From Histomonas meleagridis 2922-C6/04-290x (taxonomy: Eukaryota > Protista > Parabasalia): a stretch of DNA of 64,000 nucleotides. Each line of letters opens with the position of its first letter. The stretch's first letter is position 1. The notes below the pieces were generated by a model. The model saw only the letters and a program-made list of their open reading frames with translations. It was not told where the DNA came from and ran no database searches. The stretch lies in the NCBI GenBank assembly GCA_020184695.1, contig JAANOX010000242.1, forward strand, positions 200,824 through 264,823, read 5' to 3'. Shown piece after piece: positions 18,896-30,357 of the stretch. Both the position numbers and the translations under genes were made by a program.

Positions 18896-20482
18896 TCAAT
18901 CACTTTCATATGATGAAGAAGCAACGCTACTAATGTTACTAATTTGTTCAGAATCATCACTATCAGAAGTTCTATTGCTATCAGAACCAGACTTTTCAGA
19001 TACTTCTTCAATATCATTAGCTTCTTCATCATCACTTGAATGCTTATGATGTCTATGATGTTTATGACCAGATTTCGATTTCTCCTTTTCTTCGATTGTA
19101 CTTTCAATTTCATCATCTTGAATATCTTTAGCATATCTTGGGAATACGAAATTCTTCTTATCAAAGTAACTCTTAAATTTGTTTCTTCTTTCTTCAGATT
19201 CTTCTGGTCTATGTTTATGATTATTTACTTCTTCTTCTTCAACTCTCTTCTTATAACAATCATCACAATGAGGTCTACCATGGAAACATTTGGCATTATC
19301 TACATCACATCGAGTACCACAAATTCTACATACGAAACATCGTCCATGATAAACTTTCTTATGCCATGTTACAAGGTCTTGTTCCATTCCATCGAATTCA
19401 TTCTTACAATAACTACATCTTCGAAGATAATGTTGCCCATCTTTAGGACAGAAATATTTGTCATGATGAATAATAAAGTTTCGGCCATATAAAACACATT
19501 CGCATTGACTACAAACAAAATGATCAACATGGAAATATCGTCCTCGATTCTTCACATATCGTCCAACAACAGCATTACCGCACGCGTGGCATTTACGTTT
19601 TTCGACTGCTGGTGCACAACGTGGACAAATTGGGAATCCGCCGATCATCTTAAATGAATCTTGATCAAGTTCACCATTGCATTCATAACAAGCAAAACAT
19701 GTGGCATGAATTGCATGTTCAAAACCTGGTGGCTTAATACGTTCTTCGATATCATATAAGTATTGATCACAAACTTGACATTTACGAAGTTCTCCATGAT
19801 AATTTGCACAACGCATGCAAAGGAGTTCGCCACGGAACATTGCGCAAGTTGGCGGCTTAAGTGGTGTTTGACAATGTGAACATTTAAGACAATTTTGATG
19901 ATAATAATCTCCGCAAGTAACATAAAATGTTTCAGTAATACGTTGTTGGCATGCTGCACATGTACGGAGAAGTGTTGGTTCAGGTCCTGCATCTTGAATA
20001 CGCGTATTTCCTCCGAATGCTGATATCTTCTTACTTGGGGTGTAAACACCTGTTGAAAGTGGTGGAAGTCCTGTTGATGTTGGCGGAGCAGGTAATCCTG
20101 ATGATGATGGAGGTGGTGGTAATCCACCAGACATTGGAGGAGGAGGTAATCCTCCTGAACTTGGTGGTGGTGGTAAACCTCCGGACATTGGTGGCGGTGG
20201 AAGACCTCCAGACATTGGTGGAGGAGGTAATCCTCCGGACATTGGCGGAGGTGGTAATCCGCCTGACATTGGTGGAGGTGGTAAACCTCCGGACATCGGT
20301 GGTGGAGGAAGTCCGCCAGACATTGGAGGAGGAGGTAATCCACCGGACATTGGTGGTGGTGGCAATCCGCCTGACATTGGTGGAGGTGGAAGACCACCCG
20401 ACATTGGTGGAGGAGGTAAACCTCCGGACATCGGAGGTGGTGGTAACCCGCCTGACATTGGTGGTGGTGGTAAGTCACTCAT
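18896..20482 (-). CDS. Four-LIM-domain protein with N-terminal polyproline repeats (paxillin/zyxin-like)
   Basis: Four CxxC...H..C..CxxC...C..(C/D) LIM units. ATG at 20482 (MSDLPPPP) preferred over the upstream extension. Confidence 0.88.
   Translation of the reverse strand: MSDLPPPPMSGGLPPPPMSGGLPPPPMSGGLPPPPMSGGLPPPPMSGGLPPPPMSGGLPPPPMSGGLPPPPMSGGLPPPPMSGGLPPPPMSGGLPPPPMSGGLPPPPSSGGLPPPPMSGGLPPPPSSSGLPAPPTSTGLPPLSTGVYTPSKKISAFGGNTRIQDAGPEPTLLRTCAACQQRITETFYVTCGDYYHQNCLKCSHCQTPLKPPTCAMFRGELLCMRCANYHGELRKCQVCDQYLYDIEERIKPPGFEHAIHATCFACYECNGELDQDSFKMIGGFPICPRCAPAVEKRKCHACGNAVVGRYVKNRGRYFHVDHFVCSQCECVLYGRNFIIHHDKYFCPKDGQHYLRRCSYCKNEFDGMEQDLVTWHKKVYHGRCFVCRICGTRCDVDNAKCFHGRPHCDDCYKKRVEEEEVNNHKHRPEESEERRNKFKSYFDKKNFVFPRYAKDIQDDEIESTIEEKEKSKSGHKHHRHHKHSSDDEEANDIEEVSEKSGSDSNRTSDSDDSEQISNISSVASSSYESD
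20110..20482 (-). repeat. 27-bp coding tandem repeat (SGGLPPPPM), about 14 units
   Basis: Direct reading; synonymous codons vary between units. Confidence 0.95.
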
Positions 20483-21184
20483 TAATTGATTTTGATGTTT
20501 GTGGTGATAAACAGTTATTTCACTATCAAAATGTTGGCAATGCAAACTTTTTCTTAACAATCCGTTGAAAAACTTCGTATCGTTATTTACAATGACTTTC
20601 ACTAAAAAACGGTCAAACGGAATGTTACAGTAAAACGAAAAATAAATAAAAATGAAATATTTAAATATGAACGCGGAATGAGAAAAGGAATTTGTACAGA
20701 TATTTATAACGTAATGTTGCATCTTTACATAAAAACTTCTGCGTTTCAAACGCTGGTCATTTTTCACATCAAATTTCTGGTTTGTATGGTTTACATAATA
20801 TATAACCGTTGCTCCCGGTGTTTAGTTTACATGTAAACGAAAAGAAAAATTATTGTTTGTGGACATGAATATTTGATGAAATTTTTTAAAAGCAAGAAAC
20901 ATTGGAAATAATATCGTTCTTTCATGATCTAAATTTTTAGGAACTTTGAATTTTTATAAAAGTTTTTTATTTCTGATATTCATATCGATTTCCTACTTTG
21001 CTTATGTATAATTAAAAAATTTAGAAAAGCTTAAAAAGCTTTTTATCATTGATATGTATATACATATATAAATTAATTCAAAGCGATAGTTATAAACAAT
21101 TTTTCGAATGTTTTTTTTTTTTTCTTTTTCCGTTCCATAATTAACTTAAAAAATTATATAAATGTTTATAAACAGAAATATATT

Positions 21185-24100
21185 TTATTTCACTTTCGAA
21201 TATATTATTTTCATTTGTTCCTTAATATCATTTGGCAAATTCTTATTCCCGTTTACCAAATTCATCAACTTATCTATAACAACCGCTATTTCCTCATTTG
21301 GTTTTTGAAAATTTTGCACGAACACGTTCAAAGTCTGTTCCACATCTACCGACAGATCATCTGCGAACTTATTCAACACATTTACAGCCTCATTTCTCAC
21401 CATCTGCGAATCATTATTTAAATAGAACGCAGCGATTGGAATTAACTTCGCCACTTCGATTTCATTTTTGTTTTCATCATTTAACAAAGAAGAAATCGAC
21501 AAAAACGAAGGAACTCTAAACGACGTATCATTACTAAACAACAACGAAAACAATTTCGACAAAATCGAATCGAATTCTTTTAGATGTATTACTTTCGATA
21601 TTGCATATATTGAACCCATTAAAGTAATTTCATCATCACGAGAATTCGATTTCATAAAAGATTTTATTAAAAGAGAACAAACTTTCGAATTTTGTATATA
21701 TTTCCGACTAATTTTACAAGTGTTTAATGCTTGTAAAACAATGGAATAATTATTAATATGTAAAAAAGATGATAAAATCGAATAAAACTCTTTCATTTTT
21801 GATATTTTCAAAATGATTTTATTATTACTATTTAAAAAAGAATGAAAAATATCAAAATATAAATTTATGTTCTTAAGATCATATGAAATATATTCAATGA
21901 TTAACTTATAAAATCGTTTCTTTAAGTTATATGTTAATATGAAATTATGAATTTTATGTTCTTTAATATGTTTTAAAGATATTTCAACAAAATATTTATC
22001 GTTCAAAATTTTTTTATCCGTTTTAATATATTCTTCAAAAATTGGTAATGAATCATTAAAATCATTAAATAAATCTTCGAAGTTTTCATATGTTATTTGT
22101 GTTCGTGCTTCAGGAAAACGAAATGTTAATGCGATACATGAAATTAATGATTTAGTTAAATTATTATTATCATTTAAATAAGTTTTCGCAGAAAATAATA
22201 TTTTAATTAAATCATTAGGTAAAATATTTATATTAGAAATTAATTTCTTAATAAGAATAACTAATGAATGTGTTAAATGTGGTTCTAATGGCTTAACAAA
22301 AAATGATAATAATTGGACTAAAAATGATGGTGATGAACAAAGGAAATCAAATCTTAAATTAGATGCAATAATTATAACACTTAAAGCTTTGTTCCGTAAG
22401 TTTTGATCTTCTTCATTCGAATAATTTAATAACGATTTAAGAACATTAACATCAAATACTTCCGGAACTTTACATTTAAGTAATTTGGTTAAGATTAAAT
22501 CTGTTTCATTGGATTTCTCATTTAAATTAGTAGCTATAAATGGACAAAATTCAGTGGATACTAAGTTCTTGTCAGTAATCTTTTGAAACATCATATTGAT
22601 TTGTGATTCTTTTGAATTGATTTCTTCATCATTATCTGTGATGTCTAATATATTGGATAGATCTATCGAATCATTCTTTATGGGATTGATTTTTCGTGAA
22701 TGATGTCGACTCGAAGCAAATTGTGATGCGGTTGACTTATGATGTGAAATGGTGCCGGCCAATGAACCAAATAAAATTTCATCTGTACCTGGGAAATGTA
22801 ATTGAGGATCTGATAAGTTAATGATAATACTTGTAAATGATGGTCGTTTCGATGGATCAGAATCCCAACATCTTGTTATTAAATCTCGAAGTTTTGGAGG
22901 TGAATCATCAGGTAATTTAGGTCTAAAGCCATCAATTACAGATGAAATAAATTGCACTGGATTCATCCCATAGTATGGCATTTCACCTGTTAATAATTCC
23001 CATAAAATGATTGCATAACTATACACATCAACTTTCTGATTATATGTTGGAGATGACATTAAGACTTCAGGAGCCATCCAATGCGCAGTTCCAACTAATC
23101 CTGTTGCTGGTCCTTCAGTTTTAATTCTGACCATTCCAAAATCACAAATCTTTGCACGATAATTCTTATCCAAAAGAATATTCAGTGATTTAAGGTCACG
23201 ATGAATAAATCCTTTTGAATGAAGATATTCAACACCTCTTGCGATATCAATTGCAATTATTGATTTCATTGTAGGTGTTAATGGGTTTTCTTTTTTACGA
23301 AGTGCTTGAAATAAAGAACCATTTGGCATATATTCTGTTATGAGATAAAATGGATCATCCGAATAACCGTAAAATTTCAGAAGATTGGGGTGGTTCAAAG
23401 ACGATAGAGCGTAAATTTCCCTTCGAAATGATTCAAGTTCAATTGGGTTTAATGTTCTTTGATGAAGAACTTTAACTGCTACTTCTTGGTTCTTATATAT
23501 CCCAAGATAAACTGTCCCTGATATACCTTTACCAATCTCTTTCTCTAACTTCACATCTTCATGTTTAATAAGAAGTTGTAAATTGTTGGGAAGATCTGGA
23601 ATACTAATGACTTTTCCGTCTGAAAAATCAGCTTTGATGCCAAGTTTCTTTAAAGATTTAAATCTTTGGGCTAATTTTTCAGCTGCATCAGGTCGATTTT
23701 GTTTTGATATTTGTATTAAAATATTACATATTCGTTTAAGGTCAACAAGATCTTGTGATTTAAGCTCGCTTTTGTGAAGTTTGATTGTTGATGCAATTTG
23801 AGTTAAACCAATTTGTTCAAAATTTGTGCTTAATGTTTTCCTGAAAGACCGTATTTTATGTTTTGCATCTTTGATAGGTGTTGATAAAAGAAATTGTATG
23901 CATGTATTTTTTTGACAATGAGTTGCATATTCCTTGAATTGTTGAATTGCTTGGCATATGTGCTGGACTCCATTTTTTGTGTTTTTAATTTTTATATTTG
24001 GATCTTGAAGAGATTGTGGTATTGATTTGAGAGTTTGAAGAAGGCTATTTATTTTGGAGCAATGAATATAAGGAGAAAGGATTGGCTTTTGAAGCTCGTG

Positions 24101-24219
24101 AATTGAATCAGTGATTGCGACTATAACTGTTTCTTTTTGCAATGTACAAAATTCTGCAATTAAAACGGTTAGTGGTTTTTAGCAATCGTTAAACTGTTGG
24201 AGTTCTTCAGAAAACTCAT
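21185..24219 (-). CDS. TKL-family protein kinase with C-terminal helical/ARM-like region; 5' end unresolved
   Basis: IGKGISGTVY, VAVK, HRDLKSLNILL, DFG and GTAHWMAPE motifs. No in-frame ATG near the ORF start; nearest ATG is at 24219. Confidence 0.9.
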
Positions 24220-24785
24220 TTTTTTGAATGTGACTTTTTTACTTTTTGAATACTTGGGCATGACTTTTTCACATGACATTGGCCGTTTTCCGTTTCAAGA
24301 GTGTGACTTTTTCACTTTTTGAATACCCAGTGAAAGTGTCAGAACTAAAACAAAAAGTCATCAACTTAACCAATTGGCAGCGATGATAAGAAAACTCAGC
24401 ATTCTTGAAGGAAGCAGATACAACTTTGATGTACCTAAAACAATAAAATCTTTTAATAATTTGGAATTTTTTTTTTATAAATATCATATATAAAAAAAGT
24501 AAATAAAGATTCGATCATCAAAATGAAATCATTCATAATTAATAGCTTTACAATACAAAAGGTATGTACTGATTAACCTTGGTTAATGTATATTAATTTT
24601 AATTTGTTTGAATTTTTAATGGTTCAAAAAAATTCATTTAAAAAAGTCATTTATGCATAAATATATGTTATATTTACAGAAATGCGTCATTACTTCTTAT
24701 GAGTCGCTCCTTTCCTTAATTAAATATTCATGTTTTCGTACTTCTCAACATTTTACACAGATAACAAAATTTGATATAATCACGT

Positions 24786-25922
24786 TTAGGCAGACAGTAT
24801 CCTTCCCAACTTCTGCAATCTCGATATCAGTATCTCGCCACCCTTCAGCGCCTCTCTCATTTTCGTTGCCCTGCTGTCGGGTGGGTTCGTGTGTATTGTT
24901 CCACTTACTCTATCAATTCTTGCGCTCAATTTGTTGCTACTTATGAACCTTCTCATTTCAGCCTCAATGAATTGTGGCGTGACTCTAAATGCTTGTGCCA
25001 TTGCAGTGATTTGTAATGCTTCATATGGCTCCAAATATTGGTTATATGCTTTAACTCGTAGCTCTTTGATCAAATATGAAAGATGTCGTGAAAACCAAAT
25101 GTCACTTTTCATGCGCTGTTCAACTTCAGTTAGAGCGTCAAAGAACTCACTATACTTCAAGTGATACAATGAAAGAAGCTTTTGAACGGGTTTGCTCGCT
25201 GCTCGAACTTCCATGGATCTATCAATCTTGGCTCCAAAGTCAGCACGGTTAAGAGATAAGACACAGAGAAGAACTGTGCGATAGACAAAGTCATCATATT
25301 CCATTAATTCGGTGGCTGTAAATGTAGATAATGTGGATATGAAAAGTAAGCTTGCTGCTACAAAGTTTCGACGGACACAAAGATTAAGACCTTCATAGAC
25401 TTTAAGACGGTTCTTTCGTTCCCAATCACCACCTTCTTTAATAAGAGATTGTGCTTGATCAAGAAGTTCTTTGAAGGTGACATGATCATTGTAAAAGAAA
25501 GAAATACGCATTTGACAGAAGACAACATCAAGCTTTTGTCCAAGAGCGATTGTATGAGAGAATAATTCTGAAAGCTGACGCTTACTTTCTTGGCAATCAC
25601 CTATTTTGAGATAAAAGAGTGCGAGGTTTTGAAGTGCTACACGTACATCTTCTTCTCCTTTAGCTTCTTTGGCATCAGCTAATGCATGTTGAAGATCTGC
25701 AAGTTCAGCATCGTTTGAAGCTGAAAGCTCAGCCGCAAGCTTTTCGTCTACTTGCCAATCAAATTGTTGACAAAGTAAATAATAGTATGGACACATTTTA
25801 TTTTCGCAAATTGCTTCCATTAAGGCCGTTTCATCTGCAGGGGATCTTGTCATTGCATAACGCTCGCGTAATTGTGCAATTGCCATGTTTGGAAATTGAT
25901 CAAGGGGATTTACTTCAGACAT
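24786..25922 (-). CDS. RPN7: 26S proteasome regulatory subunit RPN7/PSMD6
   Basis: MCPYY, GGDWERKNRLKVYEGL, STFTATEL and C-terminal PCI domain (AYNQYLEPY...ARIDRV). Confidence 0.95.
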   Translation of the reverse strand: MSEVNPLDQFPNMAIAQLRERYAMTRSPADETALMEAICENKMCPYYYLLCQQFDWQVDEKLAAELSASNDAELADLQHALADAKEAKGEEDVRVALQNLALFYLKIGDCQESKRQLSELFSHTIALGQKLDVVFCQMRISFFYNDHVTFKELLDQAQSLIKEGGDWERKNRLKVYEGLNLCVRRNFVAASLLFISTLSTFTATELMEYDDFVYRTVLLCVLSLNRADFGAKIDRSMEVRAASKPVQKLLSLYHLKYSEFFDALTEVEQRMKSDIWFSRHLSYLIKELRVKAYNQYLEPYEALQITAMAQAFRVTPQFIEAEMRRFISSNKLSARIDRVSGTIHTNPPDSRATKMREALKGGEILISRLQKLGRILSA

Positions 25923-25980
25923 CTTTGTAATGAACAGACCTTGTCAATTTAGTTGGTCAGGGAGAAAACCGTTTAAATAA

Positions 25981-27252
25981 ATGATAGATATTGAAAAGCA
26001 TAAACCCATAAATGAGGGTTTAATCAAAGATGAAAACAGAGAAGGTTCGCCAAAATCAATGCAAGCACTATTTGCAGAAAAAATAAATTTCTTATTTAAT
26101 GAGATTCAGAAACAAACTCCAATAATTGATCAAATAGTTGGTGAAGTTTACCACATGTGCATAAACTGCACAACAAAATTTGAAATCGAAACTTTTTCTT
26201 CAAATTTTCCATTTAAACGTTTTATGGAAATTGCTTGTGCATTTCCTGATACAGATATTCAATCTTATGCAATTCAATGCATAGGAAGTGCTAGCGAATA
26301 CAACTCATCCTGCTGTGAATTATTTACAGATCCTTCATCTTTTGATATAATCTTTCATTTTATTTGTTCAGAGGATACTTATGTTTCTAAGTCGGCAATG
26401 CAACTTACATCAAACGTTATTAAATATACAAGTTCTCATGAAATCCGTGATTATATTATTATGAAAGGAATTATTCCATTTCTCATGGAAAACAAGGAAA
26501 TGTCGTATACGATTGCTGAACTTCTTCGACGCTTATGTTCTATTGCACCACCGCCACAAGAAATATTTCTAAATCAAATTTTGCAATTTATTTCCAATGT
26601 TTTTGACAAAGGTGCTTCCTTTGAAATCCTTGATTTACTTCTTGAATCTATTCTTTTGCTTCTTAACAATGGTACACCAATTGCAGCAGAACAATTTTAT
26701 GGAATTCTACCTCAATTAATTTTGAGTGGTTTACCGTCGATCGTTACGAATTCAATTAAAATCATTTCATTTATGAGCAATCCACCATTTGAGTTTGCTA
26801 CAATATTTCTTCAGGTTTTGGAAACCGAAGATTTACCTGCAGTAACCAAATTAATTGCAATGTGTTTCACGAAATTTTCTCCACTTTGGTCTGGGAAAAT
26901 TGATGTTTTTAATGCACTTTCACGAAAAATTGGAAGTGTTTCATTCCAAATTAAAGTCGAATGTGTACGTGCAATGATGAGATATGCAGATGAAAGTGTT
27001 AAAGGTAATATTACTTTCTTCTCATGCGTTATTGATTGCTTAGTATCACCTGAAATAGTTTTGGACTGTCTGAATTATATAAGAATAGTAATAACATCGC
27101 CTTTAAATGACGAAATTAAAAAAATGATGTTCGAAGAAATGAATAATAATATTTCATACTTCGAAGATTTGTTGGATGGAGAATATGATGAAATTGTTAT
27201 ACAAGGCGCTGAATTTTGCTTGAACTGGATCGAGTCTTATGAAAATAACTAA
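25981..27252 (+). CDS. ARM/HEAT-like helical hypothetical protein
   Basis: 423-aa ORF with amphipathic helical repeats; no specific family recognised. Confidence 0.75.
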   Translation: MIDIEKHKPINEGLIKDENREGSPKSMQALFAEKINFLFNEIQKQTPIIDQIVGEVYHMCINCTTKFEIETFSSNFPFKRFMEIACAFPDTDIQSYAIQCIGSASEYNSSCCELFTDPSSFDIIFHFICSEDTYVSKSAMQLTSNVIKYTSSHEIRDYIIMKGIIPFLMENKEMSYTIAELLRRLCSIAPPPQEIFLNQILQFISNVFDKGASFEILDLLLESILLLLNNGTPIAAEQFYGILPQLILSGLPSIVTNSIKIISFMSNPPFEFATIFLQVLETEDLPAVTKLIAMCFTKFSPLWSGKIDVFNALSRKIGSVSFQIKVECVRAMMRYADESVKGNITFFSCVIDCLVSPEIVLDCLNYIRIVITSPLNDEIKKMMFEEMNNNISYFEDLLDGEYDEIVIQGAEFCLNWIESYENN

Positions 27253-27421
27253 AATAAATATATTTCATAAGTTACCAAACCTATCATTTTTCATATCAAA
27301 ATTCGTTTATTTATGCTTCGATTTCTTGTCTACATCTTTGTCAAGACGTCTTGACGATTTAAAATTTTCATTCATTATTTTTTCCAATAATATATTAATA
27401 AAATAGAATTAAAAAACAGAA

Positions 27422-27494
27422 GCACCTGTGGCCCAATGGATAAGGCACAGCCCTTCGGAGGCTGGGATTGTGGGTTCGAATCCTGCCAGGTGCA
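27422..27494 (+). tRNA. tRNA-Arg (anticodon TCG)
   Basis: GCACCTG/CAGGTGC acceptor stem, D arm with TGG, anticodon stem CAGCC-CTTCGGA-GGCTG, T loop GTTCGAATC. Confidence 0.95.
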
Positions 27495-27684
27495 AAATTT
27501 TTTTGCGAATTTTTTATTATAATTATCTAAAAAATTTTGAATTTTTCCTTCCAACCATTAATAATTTCTATATCATATAATATATATTTATTTATTCTTG
27601 ATCAGGGAATTATACAGTTTTTCAAAGTGACAGTAGAGGAATTTTTATTAATAAAATTTTTAAAAATTTTATTAAATCTATAAC

Positions 27685-30357
27685 TTATTTTGAGAATAAT
27701 CTAACTATTTTTGTGTAACCGTTTTCAGATGCTAACATAAGTGCTGTTTGAAATAATTTAAAAAATTTCCAAATATTATTTTGAAAGATTAAATTATTAT
27801 AATAAATTTTAAATAAAACAAATTAATATCTTCAGCATTAATATCAATTCCTTCTTGTTTAAGAAGTAATTTAACTATTTCTGTATGACCATTTTCAGAT
27901 GCAATCATAAGTGCTGTTTTAAATAATTTAAATAATTTCCAAATATTATTTTGAAACATTCCAAAATTATTAAAATAAATTCCAAATAACACAAATAAAT
28001 ATCTTTAGCATTAATATTAATTCCTTTTTGTTCAAGAAGGAATTTAACTATTTCTATATAACCATTTTTAGTTGCAAAAATAAGTGCTGAACCACAAAAT
28101 TAAAATAATTTTGAAATAATATTTTGATATATAAAATTATAAAAATAAATATTAAATATAACAAACAAAAAACTTCTGCATTAATATCAATATCTTTTTG
28201 TTCAAGAAGTAATTTAACTATTTCTGTATATCCATTATTAGATGCACATATAAGCGCTGTATAAAATAATGTAAATAATTTCCAAATATTATTTTGAAAT
28301 ATAAAATTATTAAAATAAATAAATGAAATAAATAAATAGTTTTAGCATTAATATCAATTCCTTCTTTTTCAAGAAGCATTTTAACTATTTCTGTATATCC
28401 ATTATTAGATGCTATCATAAGTGCTGTCCAAAATAATTTCAATAATTACCAAATATTATATTGAAATATCAAATTTAAAAGATAAATATTAGATAATATA
28501 AGTAAGCATCACCAGTATTAATATCAATTCCTTTTTTCTCAAGAATTATTTTAACTGTTTTTATGTGTCCATTTTCAGAAGCAAAAACAAGAGCTGTTTT
28601 AAATATTTTAAATAAAATCCAAATATTCTTATGAATTATTAAATCATTTAAATAAATATAAAATAAAACAAATAATTTTTACAATTTACATCAATGTTTT
28701 TTAGTTTAAGAAGTAATTTCATTATTTTTGAATATCCATTTTGAGATGCATACATAAGTACAATACAAAATTATTCAATTTAATTTGAAACAAAATGAAC
28801 GAATATCTTTTGGTGAAATATTAATTTGTTGTTTAAGAAGCAATTTCACTATTTCTGTATGTCCATATTGTGTTGCATATATAAGCGCTGAATTAAATAA
28901 ATTAAATTATTTCCAAATATTATATTAAAGTTTGAAATCTTTAAGTTATATATTGTTTCTTGCATTAATATTAATTTCATTTTGTTCAAGAAGTAACTTC
29001 ACTATTTCTGTATGACCATTTTCAGATGCAAAAATGAGAGCTGTATTAAATATATTAAATAAATTCCAAATATTATTTTGAGATAGCAAATTATAAGAAT
29101 AAATAATAAATATAAATATTAAATAGTTTCAAAATTGATATCAATTATATTTTTTTCAATAATATATTTTACAAGTTCAATGTTTCCTGATAATGAAGAA
29201 TAAATCAAAATTTCATTAGAAATTTGATTTTCATCAATATAAGGCTGAAGAATATATATATTTCCAATTTTTGCAATTTCATTTAGAGTAGAAAGAGGAA
29301 AATTCATACCTTTTTTAAATAAAAACAAAATGAGTTCATAATTATAATATATTATACATTTCTTTTGTATTGAAGATAAATCTTTAGTATCATAAAATTT
29401 ATTTTCATAAAGATAATAAAAAACATCATTTTTATGATATCGTATTGCAATGTCGATTGTGTCATTCAATGATGAATGATTTTGTTCACATAAATGAATG
29501 ATTTCAAGATTTCCACCTGCAACTGCATATTTACCTGTGTTTTCTAATTTTGCACCATTCATAAGCAAATATTTAAAGCATTTGACTGAAGAAAAAAATG
29601 CTGCATAATCAATTAATGTAACATTGTTTTGATTAATAAATGAACATCTTTCATAAAGAGATGGTTCAATGATTTGATTAAAATCAAAATTTTCTTGTGT
29701 TGATATTTCTTGAAGTTTATCGATTTCATCATTTCGAATTATTTTGGAAATTTCATTTGGATTAACACCTTCTTTAATTAATTGTTTATGAAGTTCCCAA
29801 TTATTCGCTGAAAGTTTTTCATAATTTGTTTCAACATAATATGAAAATTGTAAACTTCTCCGAATACATATGGTTTTTTCTTTTAAATAATGGATAAAAC
29901 TTAATGATTTTCTATATACCATTTTTGGCTTAATATAATTTAATTTAATAAATTTTTCAAGAAGATAAAATGTTTCTTGAGTGTTATTTCTATAAATTGA
30001 TAAAATAAAAATATTAATAAGTCGATATTCATTTTTAGTGATTCCTTCTTTCTGTTCAATTTCTTTCATGAATTGATAATAAATATCGAAATCTTTTTTT
30101 TGGGAAACAAATGATGTATAAATTAATTGACTAATAACGAGATTAAAAGAATATTGATAACTGATGTCATATAAATCCATTATTGAAGATATTGATGTTA
30201 ATACGTTTTCTTTATTCAAATTAAAAATTAAGGATTCGATTGTTTGCAATTTTAAAAATATTTCGTGAACCTTATTAGGTACCTCCAGAGCAACAAAATC
30301 TTTATTGCCCTTTTTACCTGAATTCTTTTTTGAATTAGAACTTTGTTGATTTCCCAA
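27685..30357 (-). CDS. DUF3447/ankyrin-repeat protein, locus B; nine further ankyrin cores each preceded by an AT-rich spacer
   Basis: Paralog of locus A (LSANNWELHKQLIKEGVNPN, AAFFSSVKCFKYLL, AVAGGNLEIIHLCEQ). Cores anchored at 29036, 28883, 28756, 28589, 28419, 28252, 28082, 27909 and 27739; the last core ends TALMLASENGYTKIVRLFSK* at 27685. Confidence 0.78.

Noticed and set aside
20483-20767. 95-aa N-terminal extension of the LIM protein in the ORF track
   Set aside because: F/I/Y-rich composition typical of intergenic DNA; MSDLPPPP at 20482 is a more plausible start.
24228-24330. Duplicated GTGACTTTTT(C)ACTTTTTGAATAC motif upstream of the kinase
   Set aside because: Only two short copies; resembles a common trichomonad upstream motif, with too little evidence for a separate feature.
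27739-29120. Treating each spacer as a canonical intron ending at the ACAG of ACA-GCA (Thr-Ala)
   Set aside because: Most lack a GT donor and branch site, the AG is simply part of the TA codons, and splicing there would delete the conserved Thr and loop, giving ~28-aa repeats.
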